DNA of 64,000 nt from Deltaproteobacteria bacterium RIFCSPHIGHO2_02_FULL_40_28 (GCA_001798135.1 MGRJ01000009.1:10042-74041), one strand, 5' to 3'; positions 18,590 to 28,298 are shown, counted from the first letter of the stretch. The notes: generated by a model not told the origin, from the letters alone. Numbers and translations: made by a program.

Positions 18590-19986
18590 TTATTTGCGGT
18601 AACAACTTTCAGATGGCGACGTGGGGGTGGATTTTCTAAAACATCCATCACCACATGGTCGTCGTAGCGTGAACGTTCCATTTTTTCTTGATCGCGTGTT
18701 ACAATATCTCGGGTGATTTGAAGACCATATTTTTTCAGCAAGAGACTTAAGCGATCAAAATTAGCATCGATAGATTGAGAAACCGAATGAAACCCTTGAG
18801 AGGCAGCTTTGGCTCGTGTCCAGAAAAAGAGGGGATTGAGTACAAAAAAGTCATTATCATCTTCTTTAGGCTCAATGAGGATTAAATCTTTTTTAAAGGA
18901 AGGATCTTCACGATACATTTGAATAGCATTCATAAGACGCGAATGAAAGAGGGTGCGAAACACTTGGTTAAACACCATGCCTAAACCCCAATCTGCAATG
19001 CGTTTAGATTTGGTGATATATTTATTTTCTTCTCTTAAATACTCAATGACAACTTCATTATGAAAGGGCCTAAAAGGATTGTAACAAATAGTAAGGTCAG
19101 CCCCTTTATCAAAGGCAATATCGATATTGGCGGTTTTTCTAACTCCCCCATCAATATAGTCAACACCCTTAATGCGTGCGGGTTTGTAAAAGCCAGGAAT
19201 AGCAGAAGAAGCTTGGATGGCTTGTGAGATGGTAACATCATTTTTTTCATCTGGTCCAAAGATCACACGTTCGGAGGTATCTAGATTCATGGCCGAGATA
19301 TACAAGGATTTTCCTGTCATCTTTTTTAAGACTTTAAAATTATTGGCCATGCGATTTCTTTTCATATTGCCGGCCAAGTATTTTTCCAGGGGTTCATTAT
19401 CAAAAAAACCAGAAGGGAGAATTTCCCCAATTTGCAGGACTGTTCTCGTGGAATACATTACTCTCAAAAGTGGGGTCATGAGTTGTTCATAAGTGGAATA
19501 ATCGGGATGTCGGAGAAGATCTTTGAGGTTGGACCAAAATTGTTTTTTCAAATTAGGATAGGCAGAAAAAAGATCATAGAGAATACCAGGTATATAGGTT
19601 AAATGGCCATACACATACTCCATGGGGCGTTTGATAAATTCTGAAAAATTAGGTTTATAGAGGCTAAAAGGTGAGAGTTGAGAAAATTGTTTTGATTTTC
19701 CGTCTAAGCTAGCAAGCATTTCTTCTGGAGAAATACCTCCCGCTAGAGGTGCCGATAAAAAAGCACCTGCAGAAAGCCCCACGTAAATGTCAAAATCAGT
19801 TACTTTTTTATTGATGAGATAATCGTTTAAAGCTTTTAAGCCGCCTACTTTAAAAGCTCCCCCGGAGATAGCTCCGCCCGCTAGTACTAAGGCTAGTTTG
19901 TGGTTTTCTTTGGGAGTAGCATCACTTTTTTCAATGATGGTTAAACCCTTATGAGAATGTGCCTTGCTATGACTATCCCAAGACAT
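18586..19986 (-). CDS. Patatin-like phospholipase
   Basis: GGAISG, GLSAG and DGG motifs. The ATG at 19986 is preceded by AAGGAG. Confidence 0.88.
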   Translation of the reverse strand: MSWDSHSKAHSHKGLTIIEKSDATPKENHKLALVLAGGAISGGAFKVGGLKALNDYLINKKVTDFDIYVGLSAGAFLSAPLAGGISPEEMLASLDGKSKQFSQLSPFSLYKPNFSEFIKRPMEYVYGHLTYIPGILYDLFSAYPNLKKQFWSNLKDLLRHPDYSTYEQLMTPLLRVMYSTRTVLQIGEILPSGFFDNEPLEKYLAGNMKRNRMANNFKVLKKMTGKSLYISAMNLDTSERVIFGPDEKNDVTISQAIQASSAIPGFYKPARIKGVDYIDGGVRKTANIDIAFDKGADLTICYNPFRPFHNEVVIEYLREENKYITKSKRIADWGLGMVFNQVFRTLFHSRLMNAIQMYREDPSFKKDLILIEPKEDDNDFFVLNPLFFWTRAKAASQGFHSVSQSIDANFDRLSLLLKKYGLQITRDIVTRDQEKMERSRYDDHVVMDVLENPPPRRHLKVVTANK

Positions 19987-20006
19987 GAACACTCCTTTGT
20001 TGTGCA

Positions 20007-20291
20007 TTATATAACAAAAATATCTCCTGTTTCTAGACGAATTCCAAAAATTTTGGTGAGAATGAAGTAGAGAACCAAAAGGCTGGCAAAAAGACTAAAA
20101 AAAGATCCCACGGCTATTCCTACTAAAACCACAACCATAATCAGAGCAACAACAGCAATTAAGGGAGAAAACCAATGATTATTTTTAGCAACATAGCTTG
20201 GGGTAAAATAAACAAGGGCCCCCTCCATTTTTTTAAACCATTGTTCCCACTGCCGGAGCATAAAACGGGGCAGAAAATCCTTAATTTTCAT
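20007..20291 (-). CDS. Hypothetical membrane protein
   Basis: Long hydrophobic hairpin (PLIAVVALIMVVVLVGIAVGSFFSLFASLLVLYFIL), co-oriented directly upstream of the patatin gene. Start uncertain. Confidence 0.65.
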   Translation of the reverse strand: MKIKDFLPRFMLRQWEQWFKKMEGALVYFTPSYVAKNNHWFSPLIAVVALIMVVVLVGIAVGSFFSLFASLLVLYFILTKIFGIRLETGDIFVI

Positions 20292-20376
20292 GACTAAATT
20301 CTTAATATTTTTATCCTTGCTTATCAAGCTCGTTATTTTTAATGGTTATAGAAAATTGTTATTACATCCTACTCAA

Positions 20377-22431
20377 ATGAATAAGCAATTGTCATCGCGA
20401 GCGACCCTGAGCGAGAGCGAAGGGGAGCGTGGCGATCCAGATTTAGTTAACCTGACGATTCAATTTTTTCAATTTCTGGTTTTTCTTTTGTTTTTTTCTA
20501 TCTCTCCTGCTTGGGCTGAGGAAGTGATGCTTCTTCCCGATGTGGTGGTAGAAGGGGGGGGGAGCAAGGAGGATGCTGCTACCAAAAGTCAAATTAAAGG
20601 AAGAGATTATCACGAGCGTTTTGTAACGGTTACCGAGGTTTTAAAACATGAACCCGGGATTCATTTAACCCGCTTTGGTGGCCTAGAAGAATCAAGCTCT
20701 CTATCGATTCGAGGTTCAAATGCCGATGAAGTGATGGTAACCTTAGATGGTATCCCCTTAAACTCAGCTGATGGATCTAGTGTGGCTTTGGCCCCTTTTT
20801 TAATGGATGGGATTGAAACAATAGAAATTTATCGGGGGAGTGCTCCCCTAGAAACTGGCGTGGCTCCTTCGGGTGGATTGGTTGCCTTAAAAACATCTGC
20901 CTTAGAGGAAGGCTTGAGTTTTTCTGGTGGGCTTGGGTATGGAAGTTTTAATACCGTTAATTTTTCTCAACATTTTAATCATAAAAAAGGAAATTGGGGC
21001 TTTTTAGCTGGGGTGGGATATCATCGAACCAGTGGAGATTTTGATTTTTTAGATGATAATGGTACTCCGCTTAATTTAGCTGATGATCAAAGGGTAGAAA
21101 GACAAAATAACCAGTCACAAACTCTTCATCCCTTTTTTAAAATAGCTCACACTCTTGATGCAAAAACACAACTCGAATTTTTGCATCATTTTCTTTTTCA
21201 AAACCGGGGTGTACCTGGGCTTTCAACTAATCAGGCAGTGGATACTTCTTTAACAAGTAAACAATGGCTTTCGGCATTAAAAGTGAAGAGGGATGATTTT
21301 TTAATTTCAAAACTTTCTTTTGAAAATCTTTTATATGGGCGTTTTTTTAAGGAACAGTTTGATGATCACAATGCAGAAATTGGATTAGGAGCTGGGCAGG
21401 ATACCAATAATGAAACCCTTCTTTTTGGAAACAAATTGGCTTTTTCTTATTCCCTTAATTCCGTGAATCGTCTCTCGGCTTTTATGAGTTATCAGGGAGA
21501 AAAATTTACTCCAACAGATTATCTTGCAACAACAGATGGAGGATCTAGCAGTTTTAGGCATCAGTGGAATATGGGGGTGGGAGATGAATGGGATGTGTGG
21601 AATCGTCGTCTTCGTTTTTCTCCTGCAGTATGGTTAGAAAATGTGTTCAATCATCTTTTTGATGATGATCCTGCTTTTTCTGTCGCCGTTCCTAGTGAAA
21701 ACAATGTGATTCATCACAATGTGTCTATGCGTTTAGGGATACAAGCAAAGCTGATGGAGCATTTGAATTTATTAGCTCATGCAAGTTCGACGCGGCGGTA
21801 TCCTAATTTTTATGAATTGTTTGGGGATAGGGGAAATGTAGTTGGAAATCCATACCTGGATCCACAAAAAACAATTCAATGGGATGTTGGTTTTTGTTTT
21901 CTTTTCCCAGAATGGTCTTGGTTAAATGAAGGTTATTTTGAGGCAACTTATTTTGATAAAAGACTTAACGATCTCATCCAATTTGAACAAAGTGGAGCTT
22001 TTGCTAGGGCCGAAAATGTAGGTAAAGCTAGCATTAATGGTTTTGAACTTTCTGGGAAATGGGATCTTTTAAAACGTATTTCCTTTAAGGCAGGGTATAC
22101 TTTTCAATGGGCAAAAGATCGGGGTGATAATTTAGGCTTATTTTTAGCTGGAAAACCAAAATCTGAATTTTCTGGTGAATTATCTTATTTGATTAAGCCC
22201 GTTAGAATATTTGTAGAAGGTAATTTTATGGATGAGAATTACTTGGACCCTTTAAACACACGTGTGGTACTAGCTCGTTTGGTTTTAAATTCAGGAGTGA
22301 TTTGGACTATAAGTTCTCATTGGGCTCTTTCAGTGGAGGGTAAGAACTTAACGAATGACCAAATTGTAGATGTGGTAGGATTTCCTTTGCCTGGACGGGA
22401 ATACTTTGGACGTCTTACGTGGCGGTATTAA
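20377..22431 (+). CDS. TonB-dependent outer-membrane receptor (BtuB-like)
   Basis: Signal peptide ending PAWA, TonB box DVVVEG, plug motifs (SIRGS, LDGIP, IETIEIYRG) and C-terminal PGREYFGRLTWRY. Start uncertain (20290 or 20377). Confidence 0.9.
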   Translation: MNKQLSSRATLSESEGERGDPDLVNLTIQFFQFLVFLLFFSISPAWAEEVMLLPDVVVEGGGSKEDAATKSQIKGRDYHERFVTVTEVLKHEPGIHLTRFGGLEESSSLSIRGSNADEVMVTLDGIPLNSADGSSVALAPFLMDGIETIEIYRGSAPLETGVAPSGGLVALKTSALEEGLSFSGGLGYGSFNTVNFSQHFNHKKGNWGFLAGVGYHRTSGDFDFLDDNGTPLNLADDQRVERQNNQSQTLHPFFKIAHTLDAKTQLEFLHHFLFQNRGVPGLSTNQAVDTSLTSKQWLSALKVKRDDFLISKLSFENLLYGRFFKEQFDDHNAEIGLGAGQDTNNETLLFGNKLAFSYSLNSVNRLSAFMSYQGEKFTPTDYLATTDGGSSSFRHQWNMGVGDEWDVWNRRLRFSPAVWLENVFNHLFDDDPAFSVAVPSENNVIHHNVSMRLGIQAKLMEHLNLLAHASSTRRYPNFYELFGDRGNVVGNPYLDPQKTIQWDVGFCFLFPEWSWLNEGYFEATYFDKRLNDLIQFEQSGAFARAENVGKASINGFELSGKWDLLKRISFKAGYTFQWAKDRGDNLGLFLAGKPKSEFSGELSYLIKPVRIFVEGNFMDENYLDPLNTRVVLARLVLNSGVIWTISSHWALSVEGKNLTNDQIVDVVGFPLPGREYFGRLTWRY
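20390..20440. repeat. GTCAT-type palindromic element inside the receptor's 5' coding region
   Basis: TGTCATCGCGAGCGACCCTGAGCGAGAGCGAAGGGGAGCGTGGCGATCCAG is a GC-rich island in AT-rich context with the same GTCAT start and GATCCA end as the intergenic REPs. Confidence 0.7.
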
Positions 22432-22512
22432 ACTTGTAATCCACCCTACGATAAAGGTGATTACAGTTAATCCTCCCAGAAAACCTAACCAGAATGTAAT
22501 GGCTATGTTCAT
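22348..22512 (-). CDS. Small 54-aa single-pass membrane protein, not in the ORF track
   Basis: MNIAITFWLGFLGGLTVITFIVGWITSLIPPRKTSKVFPSRQRKSYHIYNLVIR*, with a GAGGT SD 7 nt before the ATG and its own sigma70-type promoter. Confidence 0.6.
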   Translation of the reverse strand: MNIAITFWLGFLGGLTVITFIVGWITSLIPPRKTSKVFPSRQRKSYHIYNLVIR

Positions 22513-22530
22513 ATTTATTACCTCATTTGA

Positions 22531-22559
22531 ATGTTAACTATTATAACGCGCTGTGTCAA
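22531..22559 (-). promoter_or_regulatory. Putative sigma70 promoter for the small ORF
   Basis: Minus strand TTGACA (22559-22554), 17 nt spacer, TAACAT (22536-22531). Confidence 0.6.
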
Positions 22560-22599
22560 GATGGGGTCTAAAATAAATTATTAATAATTTCATATATTT

Positions 22600-23421
22600 A
22601 TGAAAATATTGAGACGTATAATTTTTTTATTTTTAGTTTTGATAGGGTTTGTGGTGTCCCTAGATGCCCAAGCTACTGATAGAGCCTTACGTATTGTTTC
22701 TTTAAAACCCAATATTACTGAAATTCTTTTTGCTTTGGGGCTTGGAAATGAAGTGGTTGGAGTTACTACCTATTGTGATTATCCTCCCCAAGCTAAAAAA
22801 TTACCCCCCGTTGCTGATTATATTCATGCTGATATTGAGGCTATTTTGGCCCAAAAACCAACTCTGGTTATGGCCTCCGAAGAAAATAGTGTGAAAAAGG
22901 AAATTGAGTTTCTTTTATCCCGCGGTATTCCAGTTAAAACCTATGGTTTTCAAGGTATCCAGGAAACCCTGGATTCCATCCAAAAAATAGCCGATATCTT
23001 GGGAGTGGGCCAAAAAGGAGCAATCCTGGTTGCCCAACTTAAAACAGATCTTTTGTTAACCAAGAATCGTTTGGCTTCTCATAAAATCCAGGTTTTAGCC
23101 TTGGTGGGTAAAAAACCCATTGTTGTTGTTGGTGAGAATAATTTTGTGGGAGATATGATTAAACATGTAGGTTTAGAAAATGGGGTTGTTTCTAACACAC
23201 GCTATCCCATTTTAAGTTTGGAGGAAGTTTTGAGAATTTCTTTTGATGTTATTTTGGATTTGTCCATGGGAAATGAAACTCTTGCTTTGGAAAAAATTTA
23301 TCCAGGCGTTCCTCATTGGAAGTCTAAAAAAAGAATCGTCTTGGATATGAATCTTTTTAGACCATCCCCCAGGTTGATGGATGGAGTAAACGCATTGATT
23401 AAAGTTTTTGAAACACCATGA
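22600..23421 (+). CDS. Cobalamin/iron-chelate ABC substrate-binding protein (BtuF-like)
   Basis: Signal peptide; RIVSL, TEILFALG, VVGVTTYCDYP and RPSPR motifs. Confidence 0.88.
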   Translation: MKILRRIIFLFLVLIGFVVSLDAQATDRALRIVSLKPNITEILFALGLGNEVVGVTTYCDYPPQAKKLPPVADYIHADIEAILAQKPTLVMASEENSVKKEIEFLLSRGIPVKTYGFQGIQETLDSIQKIADILGVGQKGAILVAQLKTDLLLTKNRLASHKIQVLALVGKKPIVVVGENNFVGDMIKHVGLENGVVSNTRYPILSLEEVLRISFDVILDLSMGNETLALEKIYPGVPHWKSKKRIVLDMNLFRPSPRLMDGVNALIKVFETP

Positions 23422-24431
23422 TGCGAAAAACAACCACACTCACAACAAAACGTTTTGGGTTTATCATGGGCATTCTGTTTGCAGCCTCTCTTGTCACCCT
23501 GGTCCTGGTTACTTTTTTTGGAAGGCCAGCACTTTCTATGAATGAAATTTTATTTTCAGAGAGTTCTTGGGCCAGAGAAATTTTTTACTATGTAAGGCTT
23601 CCCAGGGTTCTGTTGGGCTTTTTAGTAGGAGCTGCTCTTTCAGTTACAGGAGTTAACTTTCAATCTCTTCTCCGTAATCCCTTGGCTGATCCCTATATTT
23701 TGGGGGTTTCTGGGGGAGCTGCCCTAGGAGGAGTTGTAGGTCTTGCTCTTGGACTTTCTTTTCAATTGATGTTGGGAGTGAGTTTTATTTTTGCTCTTTT
23801 ATCACTTGTAGGAATTTATTGGATAGCTCAAGTTGGTGGCAGGCTTTCATCTTCTTCGCTTCTTCTAACGGGCCTGATGTTTAATGCTTTTGCCTTTGCT
23901 TTGGTTCTTCTCATTAATGCCTTGGTTGAAATAGGGCAGTCTCAACAAATTATTTATCTTTTAATGGGTTCATTAGAAGCTACCAGTTGGAATACTGTCT
24001 TATGGTTATTTGCCATTGTTTTTTTGGGAGTGATAGTAACCACTCTTCTTTCTAAAAATCTAAATGTGATGTCCTTGGGTGAAGAAGCAGCTTTAAGGCT
24101 TGGAGTTAATGATCAAAAACTTAGAAAAATTTTCTTTGTTGTTTCTTCGCTCATGGTGGGAGCCAGTGTTGCCGTGGCTGGTTTGATTGGTTTTGTGGGT
24201 CTTTTTGTGCCTCATGTTTTGCGTTTAATTTTTGGACCAGATCACAGACTTTTAATTCCTGCTTCAGCTTTGGGTGGTGGCATTTTTCTTGTGGTTTGTG
24301 ATTTTATTGCCAGATCAGTTGTTACCAGTGGCGAGGTTTATCTTCAGCTTCCTGTTGGAGTGATTACAGCCTTAACGGGCGGGCCTTTTTTTATTTTTCT
24401 TCTTCGAAAACAAAGGGCCTCGATTTTATGA
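23418..24431 (+). CDS. FecCD/BtuC-family ABC permease
   Basis: RLPR, QSLLRNPLADPYILGVSGGA, GEEAA, GLIGFVGL and PVG motifs. Confidence 0.93.
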   Translation: MMRKTTTLTTKRFGFIMGILFAASLVTLVLVTFFGRPALSMNEILFSESSWAREIFYYVRLPRVLLGFLVGAALSVTGVNFQSLLRNPLADPYILGVSGGAALGGVVGLALGLSFQLMLGVSFIFALLSLVGIYWIAQVGGRLSSSSLLLTGLMFNAFAFALVLLINALVEIGQSQQIIYLLMGSLEATSWNTVLWLFAIVFLGVIVTTLLSKNLNVMSLGEEAALRLGVNDQKLRKIFFVVSSLMVGASVAVAGLIGFVGLFVPHVLRLIFGPDHRLLIPASALGGGIFLVVCDFIARSVVTSGEVYLQLPVGVITALTGGPFFIFLLRKQRASIL

Positions 24432-25192
24432 TTGAAACAAAAAATTTATCACTCACTTTAGGAGATAAATTGATTTTGAAAGAGATGTGTTTTCATCTCA
24501 AAAGAGGAGAGTTTGTTGGGATTTTAGGGCCCAATGGTTCTGGAAAAACTAGCCTTCTTCGTGTTTTGAGTGGAATTTATCCCAATTATTCAGGATCGGC
24601 CACCCTTTATCTGATACCAACTAAAAATTTAAAACCAAAAGGATTAGCCCAAATGATTGCTGTTGTCCCTCAAGAAGAGCATTTTCCATTTTCTTATTCT
24701 GCTCTGGAAGTTGTATTGATGGGACGCACGCCCTATGTTGGTTTTGCAGGTTTTGATTCTGCCGAAGACTGTGAAATTGCAAGATTGGCCATGCAACAAA
24801 CTGATTGTTGGTCTTTTGCAACAAGGCCAGTTGATACTCTTTCAGGAGGAGAAAAACAAAGGCTTCTCATTGCCCGTGCCCTTGCCCAAAAAACCCCCTT
24901 TATTCTTTTAGACGAACCTTCCACCCACCTTGATTTAGCTCATCAACAATCTACTTTTACTTTGTTGAAACGCTTAGCCTACGAGCAAAATATGGGAGTG
25001 GCCTGTATTACTCACGAAATTAATTTAGCTCATCAATATTGTGATCGTATTTATTTAATTAAAGAAGGGCACCTTTTAGGAGGTGATACTCCCAAATCTG
25101 TTTTAACTGTTGAAAAAATTAAGTCTGTTTTTGGAATATCTTCCCAGATGGTTACAACCTGTGATGGCAAGGCCTACCATGTCTTTCTCTAA
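24428..25192 (+). CDS. ABC ATPase (BtuD/FecE-like)
   Basis: GPNGSGKT, LSGGE, LLDEP and THE motifs. Confidence 0.93.
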   Translation: MIETKNLSLTLGDKLILKEMCFHLKRGEFVGILGPNGSGKTSLLRVLSGIYPNYSGSATLYLIPTKNLKPKGLAQMIAVVPQEEHFPFSYSALEVVLMGRTPYVGFAGFDSAEDCEIARLAMQQTDCWSFATRPVDTLSGGEKQRLLIARALAQKTPFILLDEPSTHLDLAHQQSTFTLLKRLAYEQNMGVACITHEINLAHQYCDRIYLIKEGHLLGGDTPKSVLTVEKIKSVFGISSQMVTTCDGKAYHVFL

Positions 25193-25730
25193 ATCTTTTT
25201 TTTCGTCCCTTGTGCTCCATGTGATTCTCGTTATTTTTTTTATTTGGCTCTTTTCAGTACAACCTTTAAAAAATTGGGGTGGTGGGCAAAACGACCTTGT
25301 TCCTATGATTTTTTTAGAATCTGTGGGGGAATTAAATATAAAAAAACCAAAGCAAATAGAGACTCCTCCTATTCAGAATTTTTCAGTAACAAAAGGTAAT
25401 GGAGATTCGACAACTCCCGCGGGTGGAGAGGGAGCGGGCACCGATCAAAGCAGTGACAAAGGCAGGGAAGACATCCTACGTCAAATTCATCGCCAAATTT
25501 TATATCAAAGACGTTATCCCCAATTTGCTTTAGAAAATAAACTTAAAGGAGATGTGCTGTTATCGTTTTCTATCGACCCCACAGGCCTTCCCAGGCAAAT
25601 TCAAGTAGAGCGTTCCTCGGGTATTTCTGTTTTAGACCAAGAAGCCATTCGTACTGTAGAAAGAGCAGCCCCTTTTCCTTTGGTTACTGGATTAATTCGT
25701 TTTGTATTGAAGTTTGATCTTGAGGGATGA
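25179..25730 (+). CDS. tonB: Energy transducer TonB
   Basis: N-terminal TM with SLVLH; C-terminal YP...GDV...SSG..LDQEA domain. ATG at 25179 preferred. Confidence 0.85.
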   Translation: MSFSKSFFSSLVLHVILVIFFIWLFSVQPLKNWGGGQNDLVPMIFLESVGELNIKKPKQIETPPIQNFSVTKGNGDSTTPAGGEGAGTDQSSDKGREDILRQIHRQILYQRRYPQFALENKLKGDVLLSFSIDPTGLPRQIQVERSSGISVLDQEAIRTVERAAPFPLVTGLIRFVLKFDLEG

Positions 25731-25739
25731 TATGGGGGT

Positions 25740-26954
25740 TTGATGCTGTTGATGCCGGATGATCTTGAAAATTTAATCAAACACTATTTGAAAACTTCTT
25801 TTCTCAAAGGAGTAAACGTACACAAAACTTTTAATCAAAAAGATTGGGTTTATTTTTCTAAGGGCGCTAAAAGGCTTTCAGATTATTTTACCGAGGGAAG
25901 AGGAGCTCTGCCAAAGGATTACTTTAATGATCCTGTCTTAAGATCTGGTTATCTTTTTTATTTTTTACCTGTTAATTTGATGAAAATGATTGCTGTTTTA
26001 AGGCAATTTGAACCAAAAGAATTAGTTTCGGGGCAAGTGCGTATTCTTGATATGGGTTGCGGGCCAGCTACCATGTCTTTGGGTTTTATGACTCACTATG
26101 CAGAGCTTCTAAAAGCAAAAAAAATAAAAGATGCTTGGCTCGATTTTACTCTTCTCGATCATAATTTTCATATTTTAAAAGATGCTAAAGCCCTTCATGA
26201 TGCCTATGCCTTAAAGCTGGGAAATATTACAGGTTTTAAGTCGGCTTGTTCTGTAAAAAATTATGATATTAAAAGGGGAGGGTTACTTCGTTTTTTGCGT
26301 AAACATCGCTATCACTTCATTGTAGTTTCCAATGTGTTAAACGAAATTGGAGATAGAAACAAATGTGCAGATTTTATCAATCAATTGATGAGCGATCATT
26401 TGGAACCCAGGGGAAAACTTATTTTACTCGAACCCGCACTTAAAAAATCATCAAGAGACCTGCAGGCCATTAGAGATTATATTGTAGTTGATAAAAAATC
26501 TGGTTTTGTTCATGCACCCTGTCTTCATCAAGAAGTGTGCCCATTAAATGTGGCTAATAAAAAAGATTGGTGTCATTTTTATTTTTCATGGGAAAGACCA
26601 GAGATGATTGAAAAGGTAGATCGACTCATTGGGAATAAAAAAGATTTTTTAGCTACTTCTTATCTTGTTTTAGGAAAAACTCCTCGTGAAGTTACTTTTG
26701 ATGATTTTTTATTTCGATCTATCTCTAATCAAATGCCCAGTAATGGAAAGCGGGAGGTAGTTTTATGTGGTCCCAAAGGGCGATATCATTTAACTCGCTT
26801 GGATAAATTGGCTTCTAACACCAATCGTGATTTTGAAAAAATTCGTCGTGGAGATTTGGTGTGTTTTCCTGTTTCAAATACTGGTTATCTTCCCGATGCG
26901 TATCTTGATTTAAAATCGAATGATGCTATTTCTATTCTTAAACCTAATTCTTAA
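25740..26954 (+). CDS. Rsm22/METTL17-like SAM-dependent methyltransferase
   Basis: ILDMGCGPA, LLEPA, APCLH...CP...WCHF Cys cluster and a C-terminal CGPKG. Start may be 25743 or 25752. Confidence 0.75.
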   Translation: MMLLMPDDLENLIKHYLKTSFLKGVNVHKTFNQKDWVYFSKGAKRLSDYFTEGRGALPKDYFNDPVLRSGYLFYFLPVNLMKMIAVLRQFEPKELVSGQVRILDMGCGPATMSLGFMTHYAELLKAKKIKDAWLDFTLLDHNFHILKDAKALHDAYALKLGNITGFKSACSVKNYDIKRGGLLRFLRKHRYHFIVVSNVLNEIGDRNKCADFINQLMSDHLEPRGKLILLEPALKKSSRDLQAIRDYIVVDKKSGFVHAPCLHQEVCPLNVANKKDWCHFYFSWERPEMIEKVDRLIGNKKDFLATSYLVLGKTPREVTFDDFLFRSISNQMPSNGKREVVLCGPKGRYHLTRLDKLASNTNRDFEKIRRGDLVCFPVSNTGYLPDAYLDLKSNDAISILKPNS

Positions 26955-27950
26955 ATGAAAAAGAAAACCCCCTTATTTTTAACAATCGCCGACCCTGTGG
27001 AAAGTTTTAATCCCATTGCCGAGACTACTTTTTTCCTTTTACATGAAGTAAACCAAAGAGGTTTTGCAAATCTTATTGCAACCCCACAAGATCTTTTTTT
27101 TATGGAAGGGGAAGTTGCCCTCTATGCATCCTCCATTCATGTTGTCAGAAAACAAAAAAAGTTTAGTTACAAGCTGGGCCCCAAAAAGATTTTTTTTGTT
27201 CGGCTGGCTGATTGTGTTTTTCTAAGAAAAGATCCTCCTTGTGATCAAAACTATACCAATCACTTAAGTCTTTTGGGATTGGCTGAACAAAATGCCCTGG
27301 AATCAGGAAAGGGTGATTTACCCAAACCTCTTTTTGTTAATTCTCCCTCGGGCATTCATTTTGCTGGTGAGAAAATTTTGAATCTTTTTTTTCAAGATTT
27401 AGCTCCTCCTACTTTGATTGCTTCCCAAAAAGAAATTTTACTTAAAACGATAAATCGTTTTCGAAAAGCTGTTCTAAAACCACTTAATAGTTCTGGGGGC
27501 AGGGGAGTTTTGCTTGTTGATGCAAAAAATCCCAATGTAAACAGTTTGATTGAAATGACAACTGATGGATTTTCAACAAATGTGATTTGTCAAAAATTTC
27601 TTCCAGGATCTAAAAAAGGGGATAAAAGAATTTTATTATTGGATGGAAAACCTTTGGGTTGTTTTTTAAGAGTTGCCGCTCCTCATGATTTTCGAGGTAA
27701 TTTGCATAGTGGGGCCCACTTAAAGAAAGCCACTTTAAATTCAAGAGATGAAGAAATTATTGCGCGAGTTGGTCCTGTTATTAAAGAATTGGGTCTTTCC
27801 TTTGTAGGTCTTGATGTGATTGATGGTTTTTTAACTGAAATTAATACCACTTCTCCCATGGGAATTAATGAAATCAATCAAAATGAGAATTCTCAGGTTG
27901 AGAAAAAAGTAATCAATTGGATCTTGAACTGTCTTAATTTTGACGCTTAG
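26955..27950 (+). CDS. gshB: Glutathione synthetase (ATP-grasp)
   Basis: LRKDPP, EK, KPL..SGGRGV, GDKRI, FRGNLHSG, GLDVIDGFLTEINTTSP motifs. Confidence 0.88.
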   Translation: MKKKTPLFLTIADPVESFNPIAETTFFLLHEVNQRGFANLIATPQDLFFMEGEVALYASSIHVVRKQKKFSYKLGPKKIFFVRLADCVFLRKDPPCDQNYTNHLSLLGLAEQNALESGKGDLPKPLFVNSPSGIHFAGEKILNLFFQDLAPPTLIASQKEILLKTINRFRKAVLKPLNSSGGRGVLLVDAKNPNVNSLIEMTTDGFSTNVICQKFLPGSKKGDKRILLLDGKPLGCFLRVAAPHDFRGNLHSGAHLKKATLNSRDEEIIARVGPVIKELGLSFVGLDVIDGFLTEINTTSPMGINEINQNENSQVEKKVINWILNCLNFDA

Positions 27951-28108
27951 CTCATAAATTGGACATTCTTTTTCTTTTTTAAAGCCCTTATTTTTAAACT
28001 TTCCATCTTTTTATAATCACCATAAACCATTAAAATTATTGATAAATTTAACAATTTTCTTAAAACTTTATCTCCTATTTGAAAGATGAATTTTGAGTTC
28101 AATCTACC

Positions 28109-28124
28109 TGGCATTAGGATTGCA
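28109..28124 (+). promoter_or_regulatory. Putative sigma54 promoter of the large surface protein
   Basis: TGGCAT-TAGGA-TTGCA, preceded by a long AT-rich intergenic tract. Confidence 0.7.
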
Positions 28125-28162
28125 GTTTGTAAGGAAGGGATTGTTGAAAAATGCCTCCCCTC

Positions 28163-28251
28163 TGTCATCCCTGCGAAAGCAGGGATCCATCTTTGAATTT
28201 TAAGACTGGATCCCGGCCTCCGCCGGGATGACAAATGACGCGGGAATGACA
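28163..28251. repeat. GTCAT-type REP doublet
   Basis: TGTCATCCCTGCGAAAGCAGGGATCCATCT (one mismatch to 11321-11350), the inverted CTGGATCCCGGCCTCCGCCGGGATGACA and a further half GCGGGAATGACA. Confidence 0.85.
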
Positions 28252-28298
28252 GAATTGATGGAAAACTATATTTTTCAACAGACCCCAAAGGAGTGATT

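Noticed and set aside
20292-20376. Cobalamin riboswitch upstream of the receptor or btuF
   Set aside because: The regions are short and AT-rich with no GGGAA...GCCACTG B12-box pattern, so B12 versus iron-chelate specificity stays open.
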